Part shown: piece by piece, positions 37,789 through 50,791 of the stretch
Layout: each line of letters starts with the position of its first letter
Numbering within the stretch: the stretch's first letter is position 1
Assembly: GCA_964036045.1 (NCBI GenBank)
Contig: OZ038379.1
Location: forward strand, 16,368,001-16,432,000
Direction: 5' to 3'
Length of the DNA: 64,000 nt
Source: Eutreptiella sp. 'Long Island Sound 2002'
Lineage: Eukaryota > Protista > Euglenida
Position numbers and translations under genes: made by a program
The notes under the pieces: generated by a model
Seen by the model: the letters and a program-made list of their open reading frames with translations, nothing else
What the model was told of the DNA's origin: nothing
Databases searched by the model: none

Positions 37789-38820
37789 AAATGTCACCTT
37801 GTATGTCTGTACCCTCTCAGGCCTCCAAATGGCTATTCATAAGCTCGTTTCGGTGCCCGTTTGGAAGGTGGTCAATTTGCAGGCTTTCTCAAGCACTATG
37901 TCTTATAGCAAACAGTGTGCGCCATGTGCACTCAGCGCAAGGATACGCCCTGTGTGTTGCTCAATGCTTCCTCTTCTTGATTTGTTGCTGTTTTTGGGTT
38001 TGGGGTGCCTCCTTGGCCCTTTTGAGGGCGGGGGGGGCAGATATTCAGGGCTGGAACCTTTCTGTAGACCTGCACACCATGTGAACAGTGTGCGACAACA
38101 CCACCAGCAGGGAGGGGGGGGGTATTTCCATTCACGGGCACCGGATGCGTTCCATGCATGGTGCAGTGCTTACTGGGCAGCAGTCCAGAGGTAGCCATTG
38201 CGTTCAAGGGTTCGTCGCAGAGATTTGCGTGCATTCGTTATTTGTGTCACCTGTGGGACCTGTGGGGACCCCTGTCAGATGTTTGCACACCGTGAACCGC
38301 CTACGGCCAGTGAAACAATCCCAGGTGCCAGCATGGTGTGCCTGCGTGTAGAGCGCCTTCTCATGCATGGCAACCTGGGCTATTGCCTGGTGAAATACTC
38401 GAAAACGTGGGTGCTGTGCAAGTCAACCCCCCCAAATGCCATGTATTGATGGTCAACATGCCGCCCCCGACCTGGGCTCCCCAGGCACCGCGAAGGGGGC
38501 GGGTAGGCATGCCCTTGCTATGAATGTGTCTGACGAATCTACCCGTTTGCACGGGTGCTCATCAAGGTGTGTGTGAGCCCGTCACACCCGTTGATGTGCT
38601 CCCCTGCTCTGATGTGTGCCCCAGACGCGGATGGGCTGCTACAGCCCCTGAGCCCATCCGTTTGTGCAGGGCCCCATCGATTTGTGGGTGCCCATCAACG
38701 TGTGTGTCAGTCCATTCATCTGTGCAAAGCTTCAGTTTGCATTTGATTCCATCCGCAGACTGACATGAGCTGGTCATCGTATGTGTTGAAAGGAAGCGGC
38801 AACTGACAGGTTGCTGCACG

Positions 38821-38833
38821 TTGCCTCCCCCAG
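38821..38833 (+). promoter_or_regulatory. Putative splice or spliced-leader acceptor upstream of the SGNH hydrolase start
   Basis: TTGCCTCCCCCAG ends 32 nt before ATG 38866. Confidence 0.45.
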
Positions 38834-38865
38834 GCCTGCGTTCCCGGACCTTCGCTTGTCGCTTC

Positions 38866-38964
38866 ATGCGGTGGCAGGTTGTGCTACTGACCATCCTCGC
38901 ATCACTCACCTATGGGGCCAAATACCCCACCCCCAAGCTGCGCAACATTCTACCCAATGCCAAG
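38866..38964 (+). CDS. SGNH hydrolase exon 1 (signal peptide)
   Basis: MRWQVVLLTILASLTYGAKYPTPKLRNILPNAK; donor GTATGT. Confidence 0.75.
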
Positions 38965-41900
38965 GTATGTGTCCGACCTCTCCTCCCATAAAGTGTCCCG
39001 GATTTGTTTCAATGCCGGGACGTCTACCCCAACTTCCTGTCAGTCCACTCGCGCCTGCCGATCACCTTAGGCCGCATGCATAGCGGGCATACACCGTATG
39101 GCTGTTGAGGGTGCCCTCCATAACACTTGAACGAGTGCCGCACATCGCACGTATTGATCCTTCGATGCTTCTTGACCTTTGCGGCGCCAACCACCCCCCC
39201 CCCCCTTCTCCCACCCCAACTCCCCTGCGTGACAATTTGCGCAATGTCCTGCCGCATGAGCGCTTCGAGTACCTGTCCCCCAATCCCGGGTCAGAGCGAC
39301 CTTGCCATTGACCATTAGACAATGAAGGCCGTGGGAAGGCAGGAGCGAATGGAGTTGAGTGGTGGGCCCACCCCTTTTTCAGACCTTTTTGAGGCCACAG
39401 ATGATCTCGATCAATCAAAGCAGGTCACACAAAAGACATGGCGCTGGACACCGCTTCTGCTGCACGGTACCCCCCACCAGTCGTTTTGGACCACCCCCAC
39501 ACCACCACATCACCAGTGCAGACATCAAAAGTGATGCGCCACAGTTGCGTGCCTCCTAGTGAACCGTGTGAAGCGGTTCCTGAAGCTCCCGGTAGGCGAC
39601 TACGTTGAACAAGGTCCAGGACCGTCCGCGTGGATCCAGATTTTTTCCGCTCTCAGGGACAGGGATGTCAACCGACGGCAGTTATATTCGGCCTGTGCTT
39701 GTTTAGCTTAGTTTTGGGGCCTTGCATTCAGGACCGCCAGGGGGCGGCCGGGGCTGGAACCCTGTGCAGGGGGTTCATTCAGCAGAGGTTTGCACCCCGT
39801 ACAAGATAGAGGAATCTATGGTGCGATTCTCTGTTCCAGAGGGTCTTCATCACGGGGGACAGCATCGCGCGTGGGCTCATGATGGGGCACATGTCGTTTC
39901 GATTTTCCACGCGTTTCGTGAAGTGGCTGCAACAGGAGACGACGGACACTGTCACCGAGGTGTGTCTCGGTGCTTTGTGGCGACTACCGCTTGCGTGTGG
40001 TCCTCGTATCTGTGCAACAATGCGAGCGCCGCCACCCGTGGCTGTGCGTCGATGTATGCGGTGCAGCTTCCGTCATGTGCCAGTTCAGTGCTACACTGGC
40101 CAGGCCATGGGCACACCGCGCGTAGTCCGCGAGTAGGCCGTGTATCGGCCGCGTCTAGGCCAAGTGTACGCCGTGCCTAGGCCGCGTGTAGGCCACATGC
40201 AGACATGTAGACCACGAGCAGCAGCCGCAGCAGGGGCAGGGCCCGAGTGCATGGGGTGTGCAGTGCCTTTTGGCTTCCAGTGAGGCCCGGCATTCCTAGG
40301 CAGAGGGAACACATGGACGGCTGTCTGCTGTCAGCATGTGGTGTGTCTCCCAACCCCGGTAGGGTCCTCACTGTTGGGGGGGGGGGAGACTTCAGGTGAA
40401 GCGTGCCGGCGCCGGTGGGAGTGGACGCCACAGGGGCAGTAGGTGCAGTTGTGACAGAGGTTATGTGGCAGAGAGGGGCCAGACACAGGATCCTGGGCTC
40501 AGGCAACCCAAGGCCCTGCCCCAACCAATCACTTGATGACATTTTTTGGAGCCAAGGAAAATAAAAGAGTGTCCTGCCTTGAAAGTAATGTGGGGCACAC
40601 AAACAGTTTGGTGGCTCTCGCCTATCAACCCCCCTCCCCCGCTTCCCCTGGCCTTCCCTCTTTCCCTCCCTTGGGCTGGCGGGCCCTTGGATAGTGCGGA
40701 AGGGTCGGGTCTAGACCTCTGGGCCAGGGGCCATGGGGCCAGCACTGAGCAAATGCGACCCCAAGCTGTGGGCGTAGTGACGTGTGGCCCGGTATGTACG
40801 CCGACCCCCACACCTCAGTGCCTGACACGTGCTGTTCGTACCAAGCCAACGCCGGGATGACCGGACGTGGGCGGAGGACGACCACAAGAGGAGGACCCAA
40901 TGCCATGCCCTGACCCCAGGGATGTCGGAACGAGTGCACATTGGCACAACGATTGATGGCGGCAGTGTCATGAACTGAGAATGCAATGAAGGCTATGTGA
41001 AGGGCGTCTGGGCCAAAGTGCCGGGTCTGCACCTCACTTTTTGGAGGCCCCTTCCTGAAAGCGCAAGTTCTTGGGCAAATGTTGGCGTCAGGCTATAGCT
41101 CAGTGGCCCGTTGACCCTGCCCCGGGAAGGGGGGGGGTAGAGAGGTGGGTGGGGGGTTGACCTCAAAATATGGCTTTTTTGGCCACCAGCCCCCCCCCCC
41201 CCCTCTTTGTTGGGGTGTTGGGTCTAGAGGGCTTTGGCATGCATGCCTCAAAGGTAATGCGCATCTGGGGCTGGCGTGTCCATGAGCGACAGTGGAATAC
41301 GCCTGAGTATCCCCATCCAGAATCATGATTCTTGAATCACTTTGTTCTCGCCAGTTTCTTCCCGCAAATTGTGCCTCATCTCATTCTTGCATGGCCTGCA
41401 TTGTGCCGCCGCTGCAGGAAATATGCCCAGTATTGTGCGACAGGCCTCATTGCATGTGCAGTGCACAGCAATGGGCCTGGCAAAGCACAGGGATCCAGTT
41501 GGACCGCGCCGTTGGAGTTTGGCCAGGCACTTCACCCGCGCTTGGGCAAGGGGGTGGGGGTGCGGGGGCAGTGTCCTTCACGGTCACGTGTGGCGCGGCC
41601 ATTGCGTTTGTGTGCACTGCCCAGCGCCCTCACACGTGCTCCCGTTGTTGTGTGTGTCTGTGCCGCACATGTCTTGCTGCCAGATCAACAAAGGGGAGAC
41701 GGGCTGGGCTTTGGTGGACCGCCACAACTTTTACATGGAACGGGGGCTGAGCATTGGCCAATGGATCATGAGTCTCGAGCCAGACGCTGTCGTCGTGGAA
41801 TGGGGGGTGAACGACCACTTCTGGGGCTATCAGGTGCGTGCACCCAAACGTACCCCAATGTGTGTGTTCTCGCCGGGTGTAACAGGCGCAGCTGCAGTCT

Positions 41901-44900
41901 ACAATGGACGAGACAGAGTAACAGATGATGTAGTGCGGTTCCTCCACATGACCCTCGTCACGGGTGCAGCCCACCCGTGCGCAGAAGCCAATTTGAAGGC
42001 CATCCCACAATGGCCCAAAAACGGTCCCGTGTTCCAGCTCGTGAGAACCGGTGCGAGCATCGGAGTTTGCACCGGAGCTGTGGCACGTTTGGTCATGTCA
42101 GTGCACACTTCTTTCCGGGTGGTGCAATGAGGCCCAAAACGGAGTTCGGAAACGTGGGAGTCTGATGGCATTCAATGGCAGGTTTAAATAAAAAAAAACG
42201 GACCGTGCACAAGTAATAGAGTAATAGAGTTTTGGACCATTGGGGGGGGGGGGTTGCCGAAAAGAATGTATGCCCACCTGTCATGTGGGGTGTGTGGCGC
42301 GCCCACACACATATATCTCTCTGGGACGGTACTGATCCTGCCAACACGGAGCGTTTTCAGGGGTCGGATCCATTGTTGCCTCATTTGTGTCCACTAGTGT
42401 CCGAAAGGTAGGGGTATGTGGGGTATATTCGGAAAGCCCTTGAAAAGGGCTATTTGGAACACCCAGGTCTGCATGCTGTGCTGACAACATGTGTGAGATT
42501 TTTGTCCGTTTGTGACGATGTGTGTGCTGCCTGTTGCCCCCTTTTGTTAACAGGCACGCACCATGTCTGCCTACAAATTCACGCAACGTGTTGCCTCCTC
42601 CGATGCACCACAGAAACCTTTGGTGCGGAAAAGAGCTCGCTCTGGGGGTGTCAGGTGGGTGCAGGTGCATGAGCCTGTCAGCCAGGCAAAAAAGCCTCGT
42701 ACAGCCGGTTCACAGCAACCTGCATGTGACCACGAGGAACACCAGATTCTATCCGCTTCTGAGGCCGCTGCTTTTGCGGCGCAATATTGGGATAAAAAGA
42801 CGCACCCCACCAAGGCTTCACAACATGAATTTCTGGCAACCTGCATCGACGTCGATTTGGAGCAAAATGTGAAACATGCAGGTCGCCAGAAGTACACGAG
42901 AAAGAGGGGGCACCAGACAACATACTTTGTACCCTACTGTGGGTCGCGTCGACAAATTTGCAAGACACCGTTCCTGCACTACTCCAAAATGAGTCGTTCT
43001 ATTGTGTCTTAATGGGGTTTAGACCCTCTCGCATGCAGTGATTTCTTTGATTTTGAGGTTGGGGGTGTACAAGGGGGAGGTACATGTCTTTGTGCTTTTT
43101 GTTGGAAGAAGGATTGGCATTTGGACAGCCCAACAACGGTTATACAATGATGCACATGGGTGGTACAGGGTGCGGATTGAGCAACTCTTCTCATTTGTGG
43201 CATTTGGTTGGGAACATCTGGCCTGGTGGTCCAAATAGATTGCATCAATCAGTTTGTATGTTGTTGCATTTCGCACAATTTTGTATCCAGAGGTAGGTTC
43301 ATTACCCCCCTTTATGGACCTCGGGAATACATTCTCCCTCATGTTTGGAAAACTGTTGGCACAAGCAACTAAGTAGCCACGCAAGATGACGGAGAGATGG
43401 GGTTGAGGTTTGTGCATTGTGCTGTCAGAAGCACCCCACCTATTGTGCAGAGTGTATTGACCCACACACTTGTGAGGACAAAACTGTTTATTAAACACAA
43501 CATGTGTCACATGTGTTGAGGTAGTCTATCTAAAATTACCCCACATCTCTACAGCGATGATGACCTTGTAATCATGTGCTGCATATTTCGGATCCCAAAG
43601 CTTAGTTTTCCAAACCCCTCCAATGGGCCCAATTCACCTCGGTAGCACCGGAAGGTTCAACGGACGTATTCAAAAGTGGCTGTGCAACCCCTACTGTCTT
43701 GGGGTCTTTCCAGGGGGGTGTCAACTGCACTACGATGTGAAATTGTGACACACCATGCTCATGGTGTGGTTTTGTCATGTTTCTAGCTGTCTTTTTCTTT
43801 GGGGCACAAAGCCCACATTGATAAGTCATGCTGCACACCATGTGTCCAACGCAATCTCAAGTTCTTGTAACATTTTCAAGGGTGTTTGACAGCTAATTGC
43901 CAAAACCCCATTGAAGTGGCTTGAAGACTGCAAGAACACCTCGGGAGTAAGGGCATCGACAGTAGCATGCAAAATGGCGACCGGACCCAGGCCTGTGTAC
44001 GCTGGCTGCTCATGGTGCCCCTACGTGACTGGAAATCCCGAGTGTTCATCCAGAAACTTGGCGTTTAAACCTTGCCCATGGAACCAAAGAGGTCGTAGGC
44101 AAGAGCGACCCAGTAGACGATGCCAAGATGCAGGTAGCAGCGGGCTTGTCCAAAGATGGGCATCCTGCACTTTGCCTGTCAGTTGGACGGGGCTGAGGGG
44201 AGGGGGGTGTTTGTGCATAGCGCACGCATGGCGCTGTGGCCAAAGCCAAAGCAGCCGCGGCCATTGCCAACCCCCTTAGCCCCATGAAGAGCCCCCGGAA
44301 GCAGGGTGCAGACCTCAGCCATCAAAGTGAAATTTGAGAAATTTCTCCAGGCACTGCCACAGGCTGAGAACCGCTTCAGCGATGCCTTCCGGCCCAGCAC
44401 TGAGATGGTCCATCTGGCCCCTGTCGGTGGCCATCGCGCGTCACCGTACAATGTGGGGTTTGGCCAGAGTATGTGGCCGGAAAGGGCTTTAATGAGACAA
44501 CCTCTGCCCTGATCAGAGAGCTGTACAAGTGCTCCACAAGGGCAGGGCACCTATTCATCCATACAGATGGGTGCTGTTCCGAATTTCTGAATTTGATGTT
44601 TTGTAATTTGTTGGATAAACTGGTCCAGTGGCGCTGGTTTCATCGCATCACGTGGTGCATTTTTATCAAGGGCCACTCATACAATCTATGCGATGCAGCG
44701 TCCTGTGCCATGGACCGTGCCCTCCATAATGTTGATTATTACTACGGTCTGACTGACATGGCTGGCCTAACAATCTAGCACGTTGTGCGAAACAAACAGC
44801 GGTTTGTGCGCAATGATTTTTGGGATGTGTCGAAGTGGCTGGCCGGTGCATATAAGTCTTCAGGCAGCCACCTGGACCATCAGCAGAAGCCTGTTTTGAT

Positions 44901-47900
44901 TAGAGATGACAAAATCCAGTGGTTGGATTTTGGCAAGACACCTAACCCTGAAAACCTTGAGGCCCATCCGGGTTTTGTCTGGGTAAAATCAGGGTACAGT
45001 GAGGCCATTCCATGGCGCAAGGTCCAGCTCACCAAACAGCGAAATGTGGACCTAACAACTGACGGCCTGTGGGCCATGCCCCTGAACACAGGGTGGGTGC
45101 CAGTGAAGCCACGCAGGCTACAGGATTGGGAAAAATTGAAAAAGTATGTTCCTAGTCACAAGCAGGGGGATGTGTGCCCCAATGGAGTCCCGGCCCTTGT
45201 GGAAAGGGGCAACGATGACAACGAATCGGATTCAGAATAGTGAGTGATCCCTGGAGCATTGCCTGTGCCCTGTGTGTCCTCCCGTTTACAGCTCTGTGTG
45301 CAAAACTGTGACCACCCCCCCCCCCCCCCCAACCCATACATTTCTGAAATGGCGTTTTCTCACAGATTTCGAAAAGCATACACATACCCCCCCTAAGGTG
45401 CCGACATTTTGGTGCATTAGACCAAAAGTTGCGAAAAACCTGAAAAATTGTGAATTTGCTCCGTGTTGGCAGGAAACGGATGTTCCCGAGAGATATGACC
45501 TGTGCCATTCCCAAGCCACCCCTCATTCACCTCATATTCTGTGGCGAAGTCCACAATTGTGGTTTCTTTTTAAGACCCATTCATGTCCCATTCCACACAA
45601 GAACTACATTGAATGCCTACTTGACCACCGACACCGACACCAACACCAACACCATTTCCCCTTGCAAGTGAGTTTTAACGACTTTTGGGGAGACCTGGAG
45701 AGTATCTCCAGAACGCTGTAATAATCCTGCCTGATGTCCTTCCAAACTTCCCACACGCAGCGAATGCCAACTATGTTATGTGAATAGTTTCGGAACGCAG
45801 AAGTGTCTGTGTGTTTACCCAATCAATCTCATGGACGGTTGGGATTGTGGCCGGCTCATGTGGGGTTGGAGTGGTGACTGCTGTGTGCGTTGCATGCCGA
45901 TGTTTGGGTCAATGCCACCCTCCACTCAACCTGCTGGCATGCACCCTGGATGGCGAGGTGGCTGCTTCTACACCTATGGATATGTGAGTAGACAGGACGT
46001 GACAGTTTCTGAGCCGCAGCATTTTGTCACATGCCCAGTTGCTTGGATGGGAGGGCTCGTGCACCTCTTCACACTGACACACACCATACACATTGCTGCA
46101 CCCATGCCGTGTGTGTAAGGCATCGGCACTAAAGATTTTGTGTCCATATCAGACATTAATTTTGTGTTGTTGGCATCCTTCGTACCGATATCTCGCTAGT
46201 CATATCCTGGGGATGGCTGATTGGGGACCTTATCCCTGTTGCCAAGAACATGATTTGGATCTGCTTGTGGGGATAGTTGATAGGCCGTCCTATCCATGCC
46301 GCCACATTGGTGGTTGCACTGTCCCACATACCACATAAGTATTAATTTTTTGCACAAATATTTGATCCCCAAGTTGCGAAAACACACACAAACAAAGCGA
46401 AAAATACGATTAATTTTCAGGTGCATACCCTTCGCAAAAATGAAATCCAACCAAAAAAAGCAAAAAGAATTTCGCCCCCCGCTCTGTGCTGCAAAGCCAC
46501 CAGAGGCATGGGTACTAAATTGTGGCAGCTTGAGGCAAAATCAAGCTGCTGGCGCTGGTGGTGGCCGGCCCGCACTTGTTACAACGGACTCTCTGGGCCC
46601 TTGTTGTTGCTCATTGTTGTATGCTCTTGCATCGCCTTCTGTGGAATTGTTTCAGCATTTTGATGTGCCATCTGCGCTGTTATTGGCAAGCTGACAAACT
46701 GGTAAACTGAGAAAGACTAGTAGACATGAATCACCTGGTACGCTTAGTTGTTGGTCTGCATGTCTGTGCTATGGACTGCAATCCTAGAGTTCAACTGACC
46801 CACATTTGTGTGCATGTGGAGGTATGGAGTGCAATCCCAGAGTCCAAGCAGGTCTTGTTCGGGAGCACCAGGATGATTGAACCAGAACCAAAAAAAGGAG
46901 GCCACACGCAAAAAAAAATTGCAAAAATGAAAAAAATTCCGGTTCAACCCAAGACAGCTCCACCAAAATGAATTTCGCAGAACAAATTGCAAAAAAAGAA
47001 ATATTTCTTTCCATTGTTGGCTGCCTTCGCAAAATTTTTGTGGATTCTCCACATTTGTGGATACCACACCTTTTGCAGATGCGGCATGCTTTAGGGTATC
47101 TTGTTGTTTATTGTGGGACAGTGTACCAGTCATTACACAAAACCGTACCAATTTTCATGGAAGGGCTGAAAATAGGGTACGGTGATGACAGGATCCTAAC
47201 AGGTCAAATACAACCGCAAGAGCTCATTCCATCCCCAACACTACATTTCTCACCAAAACAGTGAAGGGCAATACACTGTATAGTCACGTTTTATATTGTA
47301 AGGTGTACAGGGCTATAAACGGCTATTTTTGGTAGTTCAATTAGGATCCTGTCATTACTAAGTGTAGGTATGCCGAAAAAACATTCCAATACTTTGACAC
47401 ATATTATATTGGGGCATGCCCCCCCTTCCCCATCCTTCTCCTGGATCCACATGATTTTCCTCACGTCCTGACCTGTTTCGTTGCATCAGCCCAGGAGATG
47501 TAGGGATAACCGGGTAAATCTAGTGCTCCGAAGGTTTCTGACCCGCAAGGGAAGGGCTCTCGTCCTCAGGATGGGATGACCCATTTTTTCGGCCTCTGAG
47601 GAAGCAACACTCAACAGCCGTCAGGTAGCCTCTAGGCAGCATTTGGCACAGCAACAGCCTTCTCTTAGTCGTAAGGGGGTCAGCCACTCGCACATTCGGG
47701 TTGAGCCTGAGAGTTTCAGTGAATTGATTCTGGACTCCCCTGGGTGCCATCGCTCCTTGCCCCGTGCCCTATGCGATCTCTGGGCTCTGAAAGCCCGCTC
47801 CTTCCCCAGTTGGATGGTCGCCCATCCAAGATTTCTGTTGGTGGAACCCCTGAGCTTCAGTCAGGGCTTCAGTGCTGCCCTGCAAATGAAGGCCTGCCTG

Positions 47901-50740
47901 GTTTATGACCCTTCCGGCAATGTTTTCGTGTGGTTGCAGGAAGATGAGTTTCTAGCATGCTACGACAAGCTGCTATCTGACTTGCGATTTGTGAAGCCTG
48001 ATATGCCCATTGCAGTGATGACCACTGTAGCAGACTGGAGGTGTGTCAAGATATTCATGGCTGGAGGTTGTGCAGCCATGACCCGCTGCTATGCTGCACA
48101 CATCCGCCGACACCATTTCCTGTGAACTGACAAGGACGCAGTTGGATGAACTGAGCTGGGGCCGTCAAGATACATGCACACATCGCTTTCAAATAAGGCG
48201 CCTGAAAGCGCCAGAAGGCATAATGAGGCCTCAGAGCAGCCGTTGGCCCAGGAAGGACGAAACGGACCATTGTCATCATTGGCACCCGCCAACGACCTGC
48301 GACTGCCGAATGTAGAAGGACTACAATTTCAGTGCAGTGCTCGAGTATCGCACAGTAGAGACGGGCGGCTTGCACAGGGAATGATTGCCTATACACCAGG
48401 GGTGGGAGCGGGGTCCACGAGACATACCTCATGAGCAAGCAGACTTGAGGGCCATGTCTCCACAGCACTCCAAATTGCAAGGTAACGCTGTTGTGTTGTC
48501 CCCCTTGCACTGCTCGCGCTGGCAGGTGGCTTTGTGTTTTCTCGGCATATCCTGTCGATAATTTGAGCCATATGTATTGCCTTTAGTTAGAACCGTACGA
48601 GAGCCATGTTTTGCACATTATTTCTATGGATTCCACTGTTGTTGAAGTTCTGCAGCTAAAGCATGGGTGTCTAGTCATGGGAGGCCACAAGCTGTCCATT
48701 TATGCCCATGCCTTTGAATATGTGTGTGAGCCCAATCAGTGCTGGTCGAGTGATGGCATATTGTGTGACCTCTTTCACACGATGGGATCGCTCCGTTACG
48801 TGCGCACACCATGTGCCTCGAAGTAGTCCAAGCCTCCAATTTTGAGTCACTTCAGAAACGAACCATCCGGGGAGGATAAGAAAGGAATGGCACAGCCTCC
48901 CATTTTTGGCAATGGAATAATGAACAAATTCGTCGTTGTGCCTCACCCATGTACCACCTGTGCCCAAGCCTCACCCAAGCTCAGCTTGAATACTAGCCCG
49001 CAGCCAGAACACCGTTTTGTGCAGAAAGGCTTGCCATCGAGCCATCCTGCGCCACACCCTGCACCCTGCACAACAGCACACATATTTTGTGCGGCATGCC
49101 GCTTTGCTTGCCCTGTCCCTTCCACCCGCCTGGTTGTTGTCACAGGTTCCCCAATAAGCACCTCAGTCCCGAGCAGAAGAAGAGGGCATGGCGTAGCGGG
49201 GCCGACCCCATTTGGTCTGAGCGGGTGCATGCAGGAATACAAGAGTTAGCAGTGCAGGTGCTTTCTATGGGTGGGTGTAACTGTGCCTGCATTCAGGTCC
49301 ACGCAGGCAGCTGTGTATTCATGATCCCCCTCCCCCACCATTTGTGGAAACACCATCTGGCCCAAACGACAGCAGGCTTCATGTCTGCAATTTTTTGGAA
49401 GGATGGGATCGGGTGGTGCCATTACTTGGATGGTCCAAACAGCGGTGTCACGGGGGGGGGGCGACTCCGCGGGTCCTGGGACGCCAACTATCCCTCCCCC
49501 CCCCCCCCCCCTAGGGGCCTTCGGCCAACAGTTAGTTGCCAAAGGTGTCGCCCTCAGGCGTCCATGGGCGCCTAAGGCGCCCGATGCTACATGAACACCA
49601 AAGGTGCCTTAAGGAAAATTTGGTCCAATTTGCACCCCAACACTATCCTTAAACCCAACCTTGACTCTAACACCCACCCCCAACCCTCAGCCTACTCCTA
49701 TCCCTACACCTAATCAAGACTGAATATTGGGACCGAGCTGGTGGGGGAGGGAACATTAGCTATGACTGGTGAGGGACATCAAGAATGATTCACACATTGA
49801 TGGCTCTTGACAAAATGAAATTAGCTTGCAAGTGAACCCCATCACCACGAGGCCCACTTTGAAGGCTTTTTGGACTTCTAAGGGGCCAAAATGCCCCAAA
49901 ATGGGTTCAAAATGGGCTCATTTCACCCGTTTGTGCACCCCAAATGGTCTCTGATGAGGTTTGGAAAAATGCGTTTTTGACCCATTTTTGACCCATTTTT
50001 GGTCCCAAAACAGCCCATTTTCAAGGCATTTTGGGATTTTCGGAGGACCAAACTGGGCCGCCACAAGCTCAAAACGGTCCAAAAAGAATTGTTTTAGCGT
50101 CGCACATGGTCTAGGATCATTTTTGAGAAAAGTCATCTTTTTGCCCCTACTGGACCCTGTTAACCCATTTCGGCTCCCACCTTGTTGGGCTTGAGCTTGC
50201 AGCTTGCTGCCTACTGGGCCTAGGTATTGGGGTCTAGGCGTCCGTTTGGGCAATTCTGAGGGGTGGAAACCACAACAAGTGGGGGGTTGTGGGTGGAGAA
50301 GGTGCCCTCGGAATCGCATTTTGAGCCATATAGCCCAAGATATGGCCTATTCTTGGTTTGTGGCTGTCGGCATTTGGAGCTTCTGGGGGCCTTTTTGGGC
50401 CGTTTCCGGGACATATCATGGAGTTAGAGGGCCGCAAAGAGCTCGTTGACACGGGGAAGTCAAGCCGCACGCGCAGTGTACCCACCGTTTCCCTTCGTTT
50501 GGCCGTTTTGAATGTGTTCCAGGGCTTTTTTGGCCCAAAAATGGCTGTTTTTGGCCCTAAACTGCAGTTTTTGAAACTGAGGTCCGCCATTTGCGAATGC
50601 CGTTCCCGGCCGCCACCGTTGAGTTTCTTGCTCAAACTTTGTGTGATTGTACTTCACACCCATAGGTATCATCCACCAAAATTTCACCCGAATCGGAAGC
50701 ACCACGACGGAGTTCCGATTTTTACCCATTTCGCGCGTGC

Positions 50741-50791
<51 letters not shown>

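Noticed and set aside
41834-42130. Read-through of SGNH exon 4, or a 52-nt intron to AG 41885
   Set aside because: The short intron gives a stop after 11 codons and read-through loses SGNH similarity. Exon 47940 continues the fold correctly.
49946-49975. Hammerhead-like CTGATGA core in element B
   Set aside because: Present in one copy only (others read CTAGGATGA), with no supporting stems.
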